Assembly (NCBI GenBank): GCA_035650575.1
Contig: DASRHM010000017.1
Coordinates: 1,434 to 65,433, forward strand
Direction: 5' to 3'
From: Dehalococcoidia bacterium
GTDB lineage: Bacteria > Chloroflexota > Dehalococcoidia > DSTF01 > JACRBR01
DNA length: 64,000 nucleotides
The notes below the pieces were generated by a model. The model saw only the letters and a program-made list of their open reading frames with translations, had not been told where the DNA came from and searched no databases. Made by a program: the position numbers and the translations under genes. Positions 1 through 9,742 of the stretch are shown in pieces (the first letter of the stretch is position 1; each line of letters opens with the position of its first letter).

Positions 1-72
1 ACGGAGCCGGACCACCGGGAGGCGGTGACGGCGTTCGTGGAGAAGCGGGAGCCGGTGTTCAACCGGCGCTGA
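1..72 (+). CDS. 3' end of an enoyl-CoA hydratase/isomerase family protein (partial)
   Basis: Frame +1 reads TEPDHREAVTAFVEKREPVFNRR*, the typical crotonase C-terminus (D.REGV.AF.EKR.P.F). Confidence 0.8.
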   Translation, partial: TEPDHREAVTAFVEKREPVFNRR

Positions 73-312
73 CGGCATCTCCCCCTGCGTTCGCGGCGGC
101 GTGCATTCGCGCGCCCGCCGGTGGTGCGCATCCCGGGGGACACCCGCCGCACCCCTGTCGCGGGCGTTGTCCCTGCACCCCATCTCCGCCGGGCTGCGGC
201 GTGGTCCCGGTGGGCGCATGGCGGCGCATCGACCGGTGCGCAATCGGTCCCGCGGTCGGATGTCAGCGACCTGCGGCTGGACGGCCGGGAGCCGCGCGGG
301 CCAGACGTTCTC

Positions 313-339
313 AACCTGCGCAATCTGCGTAATCTGCGG
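313..339 (+). repeat. 3 x 9-nt tandem repeat (AAYCTGCGN)
   Basis: aacctgcgc aatctgcgt aatctgcgg in the intergenic region. Confidence 0.7.
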
Positions 340-376
340 ATAGAACTTCGATAGGCGGGGCATGAGGTGATGCGAG

Positions 377-1261
377 ATGAGCGAGGCGATCGCGACGGAC
401 GACGAAGCGCGGGCGCGCGAGGTGGTGGCGCGGTTCGTGCGGACGCTGGACGTGCAGCCGGCCGGCGGCGACGTATTCATCGGCCGGGAGGAGCGGGACG
501 AGGAGGAGCACGACTGGCCGCGCATCTTCGGCGGGACGGTGCTGGGGCAGGCGGCGCTGGCGGCGGGCCGGACGGCGCCGGACCCGACCCTGCACTCGAT
601 GCACGCGTACTTCCTGCGCGGCGGCAAGCCCGACGCGCCGATCGAGTACCGCGTCGAGCGGGTGCGCGACGGACGCACGTTCACCGCGCGGCGCGTGCTC
701 GCGCGGCAGGAGGGCGTCGCGATCTGCGACGCGACGATGAGCTTCGTGCACCCCGAAGACGGCATCGAGCACCAGGACCCGGCGCCGGACATCCCGGGGC
801 CGGAGGGGCTGCAGGACGTCCGGCTCGCGCATCCGCAGCCGGACGGCACGCTGTGGCCGCTGGGGCCGATCGAGTGGCGTACGCCGAAGTGGTTCGACGG
901 AGCGGCGGCGCCGGGCGAGGAGCCGGTGATCCGCGAGTGGCTGCGCTTCCGCGCACCGCTGCCCGATGACCCCGTGCTGCACCAGGCGGCGCTCGTGTGG
1001 GCGAGCGACCTCGGCTCGTTCGCGGGGATCGAGGTGCGGTACGGGTGGGACGGCGTGTTCGAGCATCGCGGCTCGGCGAGCCTGGATCACGCGATCTGGA
1101 TTCATCGCCCCGTACGGTGGGACGATTGGCTGCTGATGGTGACGCGCAGCCCGGTCGCACACGCGGGACGGGCGCACTCCTTGCGGCAGTTCTATTCGCG
1201 CGACGGCACGCACATCGCGACGATGGCGCAGGAGGCCGTCGTGCGGCGCGCGCGACGGTGA
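377..1261 (+). CDS. tesB: Acyl-CoA thioesterase II (double hot-dog fold)
   Basis: IFGGTVLGQA, LHSMHAYFLRGG, VRDGRTF, SLDHAIWIHRP and QE motifs; GAGGTG RBS. Confidence 0.9.
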   Translation: MSEAIATDDEARAREVVARFVRTLDVQPAGGDVFIGREERDEEEHDWPRIFGGTVLGQAALAAGRTAPDPTLHSMHAYFLRGGKPDAPIEYRVERVRDGRTFTARRVLARQEGVAICDATMSFVHPEDGIEHQDPAPDIPGPEGLQDVRLAHPQPDGTLWPLGPIEWRTPKWFDGAAAPGEEPVIREWLRFRAPLPDDPVLHQAALVWASDLGSFAGIEVRYGWDGVFEHRGSASLDHAIWIHRPVRWDDWLLMVTRSPVAHAGRAHSLRQFYSRDGTHIATMAQEAVVRRARR

Positions 1262-1463
1262 CGGACCCGTGCGGACGAACGCCGCCTTGGACACCGGCCA
1301 TCAAGCCGGGTGACGACGCGTACGCGCATGGCGCGCTCCATGCCGTACGCCGAATTCGTGGAGGTGACGGGCGCGAGCCAACACGATCCACCACGAGCAG
1401 CGGGACCGCCCCGTCGAGACGGTCACGGAGTGGCGCTCGCGCCGCCAGACGGCGCCGCGCGGG

Positions 1464-1778
1464 TCAGCCGAGCTTCACGGCGGTGCCGGATGCGGTGACC
1501 ATCAGCATCGTCCCGCCGACGGTCTCATAGTCGATGTCGACGCCGAGGATGGCGTCGGCGCCGAGCTCCTCCGCCATCTGCGCCATCTCCTCGATCGCGC
1601 TCTCGCGGCCGCGACGCAGCTCCTTCTCGTACCCGGCGGCGCGGCCACCGGTGAGATTGCGGATCTGGGCGCCGATGTCCCGGAAGACGTTCGCGCCGAG
1701 GATGGTCTCGCCGGCAACGACGCCGAGATCCTCGCGCACCGGGCGGCCTTCGACAACGGCGGTGGTCGTGATCAGCAT
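1464..1778 (-). CDS. YbjQ/UPF0145 family protein
   Basis: [52 protein letters not shown]. Confidence 0.9.
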   Translation of the reverse strand: MLITTTAVVEGRPVREDLGVVAGETILGANVFRDIGAQIRNLTGGRAAGYEKELRRGRESAIEEMAQMAEELGADAILGVDIDYETVGGTMLMVTASGTAVKLG

Positions 1779-2197
1779 GTCCAATCCCCCAGGACTCGGA
1801 GCCGCCCGGGCGGCCCCCGGTCCCCGCGATCATCCCTGCCGGTGCGCGAGCCGTCCAGGGGCGTGCGGGGGCGATAGAAGCATCTAATCGCGGGGCGAGG
1901 CTTCGATACGCGTATGCGGGGAGGTGGCTTGTCGCGGGGTGAAATTTCTCCCTTGTCATCGAGAAATCGTCCGGGAGCAAGGCTGGCGGGGCATGCGACG
2001 ACCGAAAGGGCCGATGTACCATACGGGCGCACAGCGACGGCCGTCCGGCCTCCCCCCGGGGCCCCGGCCCCAAACCGCCGGCGATGCCGCTGCTGGGCGT
2101 TCCTGGGCAGGCAGTCAGGACGAGCCAAGGGTGATCACGATGGCCCGCTGCGAGGGAGGGCGTCTTGGTTAGCCGATCCGCGAACGCGGAAGGCTAC

Positions 2198-2737
2198 ATG
2201 CTGCCGCTTGGCGGCCCGGAATTCTGGCTGCAGGCGGAGCTGCAGGACGCGCTCGACCGCATCGTGAAGCTGCACTTCCGCGACGTGCTGGCGATGCCGC
2301 GCGCGCCGTACCCGACGGTGGACCTGAGCGCGCGCATGACCTCGAGCGCGGGGCGGTGCTACCCGGACACGGGGCAGATCCGGATCGCGACGCTGTACCA
2401 CCGCGACCATGGCATCGACGAGACGCTGCTGGTGCTGAAGCACGAGCTGGCGCATTGGGCGGCGCGCTGGCGCTACGGGCGGCGGATCGCGCCGCACGGC
2501 CCGGAGTTCCGGCGGACGGCGCACGAGCTGGACACGCGCATCACCGTGACGTGCCCGCCCTTCGCGATGAAGGAACGGGCGCAGCGCCGCGTCTGGCACA
2601 TGGCGTGCCCGCACTGCCGCCGCACCTACCGGCGGCGGCGGCGCGACAAGGTGGCATGCCGGTTCTGCTGCGACACGTACGCCGGTGGGCAGTACGACCG
2701 GCGGTTCCGCCTCGTCGTTGTCTCGCGTGCGGAGTGA
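2198..2737 (+). CDS. SprT-like zinc metalloprotease domain protein with C-terminal zinc ribbon
   Basis: RMTSSAG, HELAH (HExxH), PHGPEF, CPHC...CRFC; ATG at 2198 follows GGAAGG. Confidence 0.85.
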   Translation: MLPLGGPEFWLQAELQDALDRIVKLHFRDVLAMPRAPYPTVDLSARMTSSAGRCYPDTGQIRIATLYHRDHGIDETLLVLKHELAHWAARWRYGRRIAPHGPEFRRTAHELDTRITVTCPPFAMKERAQRRVWHMACPHCRRTYRRRRRDKVACRFCCDTYAGGQYDRRFRLVVVSRAE

Positions 2738-3368
2738 CGTCGCGGTCCTCTTCGACCTCGACGGCGTACTCGTCGACAGCCGCGCGCACCACCTGACGGC
2801 CTGGCAGCGCTTCGCGCGCGAGCGCGGCATCGAACCGGAGCCGGGTTACTTTCATCGCACGTTCGGGCTGCGCAACGACGCGATCCTCGGCGGGCTGGTG
2901 GGCGGCGCTTCGGAAGCTGACCTCGAGCGCATGGCGGAGGAGAAGGAGCGCATCTTCCGCGAAATCGCGCGCGGGCGGATCGCGCTGCTGCCGGGCGCAC
3001 GCGAGCTGCTGGCGTTCCTGCGCGAGCAGGAGGTCGCGAAGGCCGTCGTAACGTCGACGCCGCGGGCGAACCTGGAGATGATCCTCGAGTCGCTCGGGCT
3101 GGCGGGATGGTTCGAGGCGCTGGTGACGGCGGAGGACGTGACGCGAGGAAAGCCGGACCCGGAGGGGTTCCTCCTCGCGGCGCGGAAGCTGGGCATCGAG
3201 CCGCGGCGTTGCGTGGTGATCGAGGACGCGCCCGCCGGGCTGGAGGCAGCGAAGGCGGCCGGGATGCGCGCCATCGGCGTGACGACGACGCATCCGGCGG
3301 CGGACCTGGGGGCGGCGGACCTCGTGGTGGAATCGCTCGCGGAGGAGGCGGTGCGGGTGTTCGTGTAG
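2727..3368 (+). CDS. HAD-superfamily phosphatase (beta-phosphoglucomutase-like)
   Basis: FDLDGVLVDS (DxD), GKPDPEGF and VIEDAPAG motifs; overlaps the SprT stop. Confidence 0.9.
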   Translation: MRSDVAVLFDLDGVLVDSRAHHLTAWQRFARERGIEPEPGYFHRTFGLRNDAILGGLVGGASEADLERMAEEKERIFREIARGRIALLPGARELLAFLREQEVAKAVVTSTPRANLEMILESLGLAGWFEALVTAEDVTRGKPDPEGFLLAARKLGIEPRRCVVIEDAPAGLEAAKAAGMRAIGVTTTHPAADLGAADLVVESLAEEAVRVFV

Positions 3369-3426
3369 CGCCCCGGACGGCGGGCGCACCGTGAACCGCG
3401 CGGTGAACGCGTGCGGCGAGCGCAGG

Positions 3427-3502
3427 ACGGCAGAGCGGCAGCAACAGACGGCAAACGGCAACCGGCAAACGGCGCACAGCGAACAGCAGACACAGACAAC
3501 AG
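3427..3502 (+). repeat. Degenerate 7-nt tandem repeat (ACGGCAA / ACAGCAG type) between convergent genes
   Basis: ACGGCAA ACGGCAA CCGGCAA ACGGCGC ACAGCGA ACAGCAG at 3448-3489, with looser units on both sides. Confidence 0.7.
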
Positions 3503-3569
3503 GTACTGAGCCGGGCTCTCGATCCGGCTAGCCGCGCAACGAGGCTGGAGCGCGGAGGAGCCGCAGTCG

Positions 3570-5849
3570 CTAAGCGAGCCAGCGGCCGGCGATCACGACA
3601 TCGAGCCCGCCGGTGGCTTCCTGCACCTCGACCCGGGTGTCGTTGCCTTCGCGGCGGTAGTGCATCGTCACCTCGCCGTTGGCGACGCGCAAGCCGCGGA
3701 CGTGCACGGAGTTGAGCCAGTAGGGCAGGCGCGGGTTGACGATGCGCAGACGCTTCTCGCTGGCCTGGGGCTCGAGGCCGAGGATCGCCTGGGTGATGAG
3801 CGGGAAGGCGCCGGCGGCCCATGCCTGCGGGCGGCAGGCGACGGGGTAGGGGACGGGGGCGTGGTGGGCGGAGCGGGACTCTCCGCCGAACAGCTCGGGC
3901 AGCCGGAAGTACGGGAACGAGATCGCGGCGTCGAAGAGCGCGGTCGCGACCTCGTTGAGCTCGTCCTCGAGGCCGTACATCTTGAAGCCCATCGCGGCGA
4001 TGCTGTTGTCGTGCGGCCACACGGAGCCGAGGTGATAGCCGATGGGGTTGAAGCGCGGACTGCCGGCGCTGAGGGTGCGGAGCCCCCAACCGCTGAACAA
4101 ATCGTTTTCCATCAGGCGCGAGGCGAGCAGCGGGGCGCGTTCGGGGTCGATGATCGCGGACCAGAGGCCGTGCGCGGGGTTCGTCGAGGGGGTTTCAACG
4201 GGGCGGCTATCGCCATCGAGCGCCATGGCGTAGAAGTCCTGGTTCTCCAGCCAGAACTCGCGGTTGAAGCGCTGTTGCAGGCGGCGCGCGTCGCGGCGCA
4301 GGCGGGCCGCGAGGCGCGCTTCGCCGACGCGCTCGAGCACCGGCGCGAGGCGCTGGCGGGCGGCGTAGGCGTAGCCCTGCACCTCGGCGAGCGCGATCGG
4401 CGGATGGGCGAGGGTGCCATCGGCGTGGACGACGGCGTCCCAGGAGTCCTTCCAGCCCTGGTTCACGAGGCCGCGGGCGGAGCGCTTCTCGTAGGCGAGG
4501 TAGCCGAGGCCGCGGGGGTCGCCGAAGACTTCCATCCACTGGAAGGCGGCCTTGACGGCAGGCAGGAGCTCGCGGACGAGGCGGAGGTCGGCGGTCCAGG
4601 CGTAGTACTCGGCGAGCAGCATGAGAAACAGCGGCGTGGAGTCGATGCTGCCGTAGTAGGGGGTGTAGGGGAGCTCGCCGGCGCGGGAGAGCTCATCGAA
4701 CCGGAGCTCGTGCAGGATCTTTCCGGGTTCTTCATCGCGCCAGTGGTTGATCTGCTTGCCCTGCCACTTCGCGAGCAAACGCAAGGTACCGCGGGCGATC
4801 TCCGGCTTCCAGGCGAGCATCTGCATGGCGACGATGCAGCTGTCGCGGCCGAAGAGGGCATCGAACCAGGGGGTGCCAGCGGCGAGGAACGGCTCGCCCT
4901 GCTCGTTTTCGCTCCAGAGCATGCGCACGTCGTGGAGACAGCGAGACATCAGGCGGTTGAAGAACTCGTTGTCGGTGAAGAGCTGCGTCGAGGACTCCGC
5001 CCAGTGACGGTAGTGCTGCGCGACCGCTTCGAGTCGCTCGGCGCGGGTGCTGCGCCGGCCGTGGCTGTTGAGCGACACGGCAATCCGCAGCGTCTCGGTC
5101 TCGCGGCGGCCGAGGGTGACGCGAAACACGACCGTCGAAGCGTCGATCCGGTGAGGGGCGCGGTCGAACTCGATACGGGTGCTGCGCTCGCGGCCGTCGA
5201 TGCCCGTGTAGGCGTAGCGGATGGCGCGCCCGCGGACGACGGGCTCCTGCAGCGTGCCTTGCGCCTCGCGCCGGTAGCCGCGGACATCGAAGATGTCGGA
5301 GAAGTCGGCATCGAACTGGTACTGGAGGTCGAGCGTCACGGGGAAGGGATTGAAGTTGGTGATGCGCAGGTGCTCTTCGACCATGTCGGCGATGACGCGC
5401 TGGCGGCGGATCTCGGTGCTCCCGCGGGAGATCTTGCGGCCGTCGACCGTGGTGATGGTGGGGTTGGTCATCACCTGCTCCATCGCGTAGCCCAACTCGG
5501 CGGTGGATAGGAGCATGACCGGCTGGACGCCGGCGAGGCTGAAGTCCCAGGTAGAGAGGTGGCGCGTGTCGGCATGGTAGATGCCAAAGCCCTGCGCGTT
5601 GCCGCGCGCGGCGTTGCCGGCGGGATCGGTGAGGAGGAACGTGGAGCGCTCGCGGATGACGAGGGCATCGCGGATGTCCTCGATGCCCATCGGCTCGCCC
5701 TCGGGGAGGGCGAACCAATCTTCTTCGGGCTGCTGCGGCGGTCCCGACTGGACGGCGATCGGCGGGTCTCCGGCGGCTTCGGGCGTCAGCGGGCGTGGGG
5801 CGCGGCGACGCGGAGCCGGTTGTCCACGTCCGTCACGCGGTCGTGCCAT
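3570..5849 (-). CDS. Amylo-alpha-1,6-glucosidase / glycogen-debranching-enzyme family (alpha/alpha)6 hydrolase; start uncertain
   Basis: AAGTPWFDALFGRDS, EEPGKILHE, YYGSIDSTPLF, NQGWKDS, YHLGSVWPHDNS, RLPELFG, PVACRPQAWAAG. Confidence 0.88.
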   Translation of the reverse strand: MARPRDGRGQPAPRRRAPRPLTPEAAGDPPIAVQSGPPQQPEEDWFALPEGEPMGIEDIRDALVIRERSTFLLTDPAGNAARGNAQGFGIYHADTRHLSTWDFSLAGVQPVMLLSTAELGYAMEQVMTNPTITTVDGRKISRGSTEIRRQRVIADMVEEHLRITNFNPFPVTLDLQYQFDADFSDIFDVRGYRREAQGTLQEPVVRGRAIRYAYTGIDGRERSTRIEFDRAPHRIDASTVVFRVTLGRRETETLRIAVSLNSHGRRSTRAERLEAVAQHYRHWAESSTQLFTDNEFFNRLMSRCLHDVRMLWSENEQGEPFLAAGTPWFDALFGRDSCIVAMQMLAWKPEIARGTLRLLAKWQGKQINHWRDEEPGKILHELRFDELSRAGELPYTPYYGSIDSTPLFLMLLAEYYAWTADLRLVRELLPAVKAAFQWMEVFGDPRGLGYLAYEKRSARGLVNQGWKDSWDAVVHADGTLAHPPIALAEVQGYAYAARQRLAPVLERVGEARLAARLRRDARRLQQRFNREFWLENQDFYAMALDGDSRPVETPSTNPAHGLWSAIIDPERAPLLASRLMENDLFSGWGLRTLSAGSPRFNPIGYHLGSVWPHDNSIAAMGFKMYGLEDELNEVATALFDAAISFPYFRLPELFGGESRSAHHAPVPYPVACRPQAWAAGAFPLITQAILGLEPQASEKRLRIVNPRLPYWLNSVHVRGLRVANGEVTMHYRREGNDTRVEVQEATGGLDVVIAGRWLA

Positions 5850-6445
5850 CGAACGAGGTCCTCGATCGCCTGCCGCTGTTCCTCGCTCGCCACCGCACCG
5901 GTGAGCGCGGCGACGCCCTTGCTGTATGTTACGGCAATGGCGCCGGGCGGCAGCCCGACCGCGCGAGCGACGTATTCGGAGAGGCAACGCGCGACCTCGT
6001 CATCGCCGGGAGGCGACTGGAGCTGGATGCGCGAGTGCACGTGGGCGACGCCGCGCGCCTGCCAGGCAGCGGCCTCGACCGCGCGGCGACGCTCCTCCGA
6101 GTCCACGACGCCATCGAGGTGGACGATGCCGGCGTGGACTTCGACGCGGACCGCGCGGGCGGCGTCCGGGTCGGCGCGCCGAATCGCGGCGACGACGGAG
6201 CGCCGGACGGCGTCATCGCGATCGGCCGCGTGGGCGATGCGCAGCTCGTTGACCACGGTGACGGAGGGGAGGGCGGCCTGCGCGATTTTCGCGGCCTGCC
6301 GCTTCGCCTGATAGCAGGAGGCGAGGCCGCGCAGGTAGACGCGGTCGCCGGCGACCTCGACGTGGAGGTCACCGATCTCGAGCTTCTGGAGGGCGAGCCA
6401 GGCGGACTCGGGGGCTGGCGCCGGGGAGATGGTGCGCGCGTTCAT
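5786..6445 (-). CDS. Protein with three BON domains
   Basis: Three repeats of V.V.v..G.V.L.G.V...E......A....GV..V.N.L; ATG at 6445 follows GAAGGAG. Confidence 0.85.
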   Translation of the reverse strand: MNARTISPAPAPESAWLALQKLEIGDLHVEVAGDRVYLRGLASCYQAKRQAAKIAQAALPSVTVVNELRIAHAADRDDAVRRSVVAAIRRADPDAARAVRVEVHAGIVHLDGVVDSEERRRAVEAAAWQARGVAHVHSRIQLQSPPGDDEVARCLSEYVARAVGLPPGAIAVTYSKGVAALTGAVASEEQRQAIEDLVRWHDRVTDVDNRLRVAAPHAR

Positions 6446-6455
6446 GCCGGCTCCT

Positions 6456-7568
6456 TCACGCGACGGCCACGCCGTCATCGTCGTACGCGGGCGACCGCGG
6501 GACGGTGAACTCGACGGGGATCGTCGCTTCCCGCAGCGGCTCGCTCAGGGCCTCGTAGAGGCGCAGGTAGGCGCGCGCCATGCGCTCGACGGAGAACTCC
6601 GCCTGCACGTGGTCGCGGCAGCGCGCCGGGTCGATGCGGCCGAGGTCGAGGACGGCATCGGCCATCTCGTCGACGGTATCGACGACGAAGCCGGTCTCGC
6701 CGTGCACGATGAGCTCGGGGGCGCTGCCGCGGCGGAGGGCGATCACCGGGGTGCCGCAGGCCATCGCCTCGGGCATCACGAGGCCGAAGGGCTCCTCCCA
6801 GGTCAACGGCATCAGAAGGCAGCGGGCGTTGCGGTACAGATCGCGCTTGCGGCGGGCGTCGGCCTCGCCGACGAAGACGATCTGCTCGCCATCGATCTGG
6901 TCGCGCACGACTTCCTCGAAGAAGTCGCGGTCGAAGCGATCGACCTTGCCGGCGAGGATGAGCCGCATGCCGAGCCGCTTCGCGACGGCGATCGCGAGGT
7001 GGGGACCCTTTTCGGGCGCGAGGCGGCTGAGGAAGAGCAGGTCCTCTCCTTTCTCGCGCTGGAACGGGTAGCTGGCGACGTCGATGGCGTTGTAGACGTG
7101 CCCCATGAAGCGCGCGCCCGTGCCGACCTGGTCGAAGTGCGCACGCTGCGAGCGGCTGATCGTGTTGTACGCGCCCCGGTAGCGGCGCCAGATGAAGCGG
7201 GTGTCCGCGGTGGTGAGGCAGTGCGTGGTGGTGAGCATGGGCGCGCCGGCGAGCGGAGCCATGGCCATGGCCAGTTCGCCGGCGTGGTTGTGGACGACAT
7301 CGAACCCGCAGCGCGAGAGGTCGATCGCGTGCGCGATGTGCGCCCAGTCGTAGGGATTGCGGTCGGCGAGATCATCGGCGCGGCGCAGGCTGCGAGGGAA
7401 GACGGGCGCCAGGCGGGCGGCGGTCAGCGAATCGCCGGAGGCGACGAGCGTGACGTCGTGGCCCATGCGCACGAGCTCTTCGGTCAGGAGGTGGACGACC
7501 GCTTCGGTGCCGCCGTACGCAGGGGGCGGGACACTCTCCCACAACGGGGCGAGTTGCAGAATACGCAT
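6456..7568 (-). CDS. Glycosyltransferase family 4 (GT-B)
   Basis: MRILQLAP..VPPPAYGGTE, WEEPFGLVMPEAMACGTPV; CAGGAG RBS. Confidence 0.93.
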   Translation of the reverse strand: MRILQLAPLWESVPPPAYGGTEAVVHLLTEELVRMGHDVTLVASGDSLTAARLAPVFPRSLRRADDLADRNPYDWAHIAHAIDLSRCGFDVVHNHAGELAMAMAPLAGAPMLTTTHCLTTADTRFIWRRYRGAYNTISRSQRAHFDQVGTGARFMGHVYNAIDVASYPFQREKGEDLLFLSRLAPEKGPHLAIAVAKRLGMRLILAGKVDRFDRDFFEEVVRDQIDGEQIVFVGEADARRKRDLYRNARCLLMPLTWEEPFGLVMPEAMACGTPVIALRRGSAPELIVHGETGFVVDTVDEMADAVLDLGRIDPARCRDHVQAEFSVERMARAYLRLYEALSEPLREATIPVEFTVPRSPAYDDDGVAVA

Positions 7569-7829
7569 CGACACTCCTGTATCCCTACAGTCGGGCGGGG
7601 TCGCCAGCTGCGCGTGTATAGATTTGTGAAATTATTCGCGGAAGCGGTCCGGAGACGGCGCTGCACGCCGTGCTTGTTTCATAACACCGAGCGGCGCGAT
7701 TTTCAATATGCGGCGCCCGGGACGGATGCTGCGCGTTGCGGGTTCGTTATGCAGCCAACGCATCCGTATACGCGCCCGTAATCGGCGCATCGGAAAACGC
7801 AATTTTGTACGCACGAAGGGATTGCAGCC

Positions 7830-8399
7830 GTGCAGGCGGAAGGCGAGTCGGGACCTCGCGCGGGGGCGCGCCCTGCGCGATGCCGGATCTTCACGGTGGG
7901 GCACTCGACGCGCGCGTTCGAGGCGCTCCTGGATCTGCTCCGGGCATGGGGCGTCGACCTGCTCGTGGACGTGCGGACGGCGGCCCGCTCGCGGCGTCAC
8001 CCGCAGTTCAACGCCGAGGCACTTGCGGAAGCACTGCCGTCGCGCGGGATCGCGTACCGCCGCATGCCGGAGCTGGGCGGATGGCGCCGGCCACGGGCGG
8101 ACTCGCCGAACACGGCCTGGCGCAACGCGTCGTTCCGGGGATACGCCGACTACATGCAGACGCCGGGGTTCGAGGTGGCGCTCGCGGATCTTATGTCGCT
8201 CTCGACCGCGCACACGCTGGCGGTCATGTGCGCGGAGGCGGTGCCGTGGCGGTGCCACCGGTCGTTGATCGCGGACGCGCTGGCAGCGCGCGGGTGCGAT
8301 GTGCGTCACATCGTGAGCGCGACGAAGGCGGAGGCGCACCGCATGACGCCGTTCGCGCGGGTGGAGGGGGCGCGGGTGTGGTATCCGGGGTTGGTGTGA
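7830..8399 (+). CDS. DUF488 family protein
   Basis: IFTVGHSTR, LLVDVR, ELGGWR, SFRGYADYM, MCAEAVPWRCHRSLIAD. Confidence 0.88.
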   Translation: MQAEGESGPRAGARPARCRIFTVGHSTRAFEALLDLLRAWGVDLLVDVRTAARSRRHPQFNAEALAEALPSRGIAYRRMPELGGWRRPRADSPNTAWRNASFRGYADYMQTPGFEVALADLMSLSTAHTLAVMCAEAVPWRCHRSLIADALAARGCDVRHIVSATKAEAHRMTPFARVEGARVWYPGLV

Positions 8400-8559
8400 T
8401 GGCCGGTTGCGCGCGATGCCATCGCGGCGCTGTGCGCAGAACGGCGTCGCGAGGAGTGGCGACCTCCACGAAACGAGATGCAAATCGGCAAGTGCCGGTG
8501 ACACCACGGTCACAGAGAGCCGACTCACGAGCTCGAGCCCGCACTGAGGAGAACTGGAG

Positions 8560-9123
8560 ATGCGCAGCGTCACCTACTCGATGGCCGTTTCGCTGGACGG
8601 CTACGTCGTCGGGCCGGATGGGTCATTCGACTGGATGGCGCCCGACGAGGAGGTGTTCCGGCTCGCCACCGACGAGGTACGGAAGGCGGGCGTCCACCTG
8701 CTCGGGCGGCGGCTCTACGAAACCATGCTGTACTGGGAGACGGCCGAGCAGAACGCGTCGCTCGACTACTCCACGCGCGAATTCGCCGCGATCTGGAGGG
8801 CGCTCCCGAAGGTGGTGTTCTCGACCACGCTTTCGGCGGTAGAGGGGAACGCCCGCCTGGCGACCGGCGGCCTCGCGGCCGAGATCGAACGCCTGCGAGC
8901 GGGACCGGGAGAGGGCGACATCGCGATCGGCGGGGCGACGCTCGCGAGCGAGGCGGCCGCGCTGGGTCTCATCGACGAGTACCGGATGAGGGTCTTGCCG
9001 GTGCTGGTGGGCGGTGGCCGTCCCTTCTTTCCTCAACGCGGGGGACGGGTGCACCTCGAGCTCAGCGAGTCTCGCACGCTCCGCTCGGGAGTCGTCTATC
9101 TCCGCTACCGCGTGTCGCGCTAG
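8560..9123 (+). CDS. Dihydrofolate reductase-like (RibD C-terminal domain) protein
   Basis: MAVSLDGY, LLGRRLYE, GGATLA, LIDEYR, PVLVGGGRP. Confidence 0.85.
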   Translation: MRSVTYSMAVSLDGYVVGPDGSFDWMAPDEEVFRLATDEVRKAGVHLLGRRLYETMLYWETAEQNASLDYSTREFAAIWRALPKVVFSTTLSAVEGNARLATGGLAAEIERLRAGPGEGDIAIGGATLASEAAALGLIDEYRMRVLPVLVGGGRPFFPQRGGRVHLELSESRTLRSGVVYLRYRVSR

Positions 9124-9275
9124 CCGGCGGGTCCGCGCGCAGGAAGGGACACGGGCGCAACGGCGAGCGAACGGCGCCGGCGGCCGCTCGCGGCATCCCG
9201 CGCGGCGCCCAGGATGACGCCGAGCGGGCGACTGGGTCCTTGCCCTGCATCGCGTGACACGCGGGGCGGGCGAGA

Positions 9276-9713
9276 TCAGGAGGCGGGCGGGGCGGCGGCC
9301 GCCGCTTCGAGCTCGCGGAGGCGGCGGCGCAAATCGCGGTCGCGTTCGAAGCGCTCGGTGATGTCGCGTGCCTGCGCCATCGCCCCGAGGACGGCGCCAT
9401 CCGGGCCGTGCACGATGGCGAAGCTGAGTTCGACGTAGAAGGTGGAGCCATCCGGCTTGAGCGCCTTCGTCGGCATGGACTGGCCGCGGTACTTCGTATC
9501 GCCGGCCTCGAGCGCGCGGGCATAGCCGGCCCAGTGACGCTCGCGGAACGACTCGGGAATGATGATGTCGAGGCGCTCGCCGATCGCCTGCGCCGCCGCC
9601 ACGCCGAAGATCCGCTCGGCGGCGGGATTCCAGGCGCGGATGACGCCGTCGCGGTCGGCGAAGATCGTGGCGTCGGGCGACTGATCGACGAGGAGGGCGG
9701 GGTCGAGGGTCAC
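9276..9713 (-). CDS. Stand-alone PAS domain protein
   Basis: PDATIFADRDGVIRAWNPAAERIFG, IIIPE..R..H, KPDGSTFYVELS, ARDITER. Confidence 0.88.
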   Translation of the reverse strand: MTLDPALLVDQSPDATIFADRDGVIRAWNPAAERIFGVAAAQAIGERLDIIIPESFRERHWAGYARALEAGDTKYRGQSMPTKALKPDGSTFYVELSFAIVHGPDGAVLGAMAQARDITERFERDRDLRRRLRELEAAAAAPPAS

Positions 9714-9742
9714 GACTTGCCTCGGTTCCGACCGCAGGGAAC

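Noticed and set aside
1259-1498. UGA readthrough after tesB, or a real 62-aa ORF at 1310-1498
   Set aside because: TesB is already complete, the downstream translation is not protein-like, there is no SECIS-like hairpin, and no RBS was seen.
3660-5510. Long ORFs opposite real genes (e.g. 3660-5510 +, 6429-7781 +, 14890-16632 -, 39673-42348 -, 56007-58487 +)
   Set aside because: Antisense or alternative-frame shadows typical of very high GC DNA; no family motifs, and each overlaps a well-supported gene.
7625-7640. CRP/FNR-like site TGTGA-N6-TCGCG
   Set aside because: Only one good half-site (3 of 5 in the second); too weak without footprinting.
8560-9123. True dihydrofolate reductase (folA)
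   Set aside because: Motif spacing and the IDEY/PVLVGGG tail fit the RibD-C-like family; no folate gene context.
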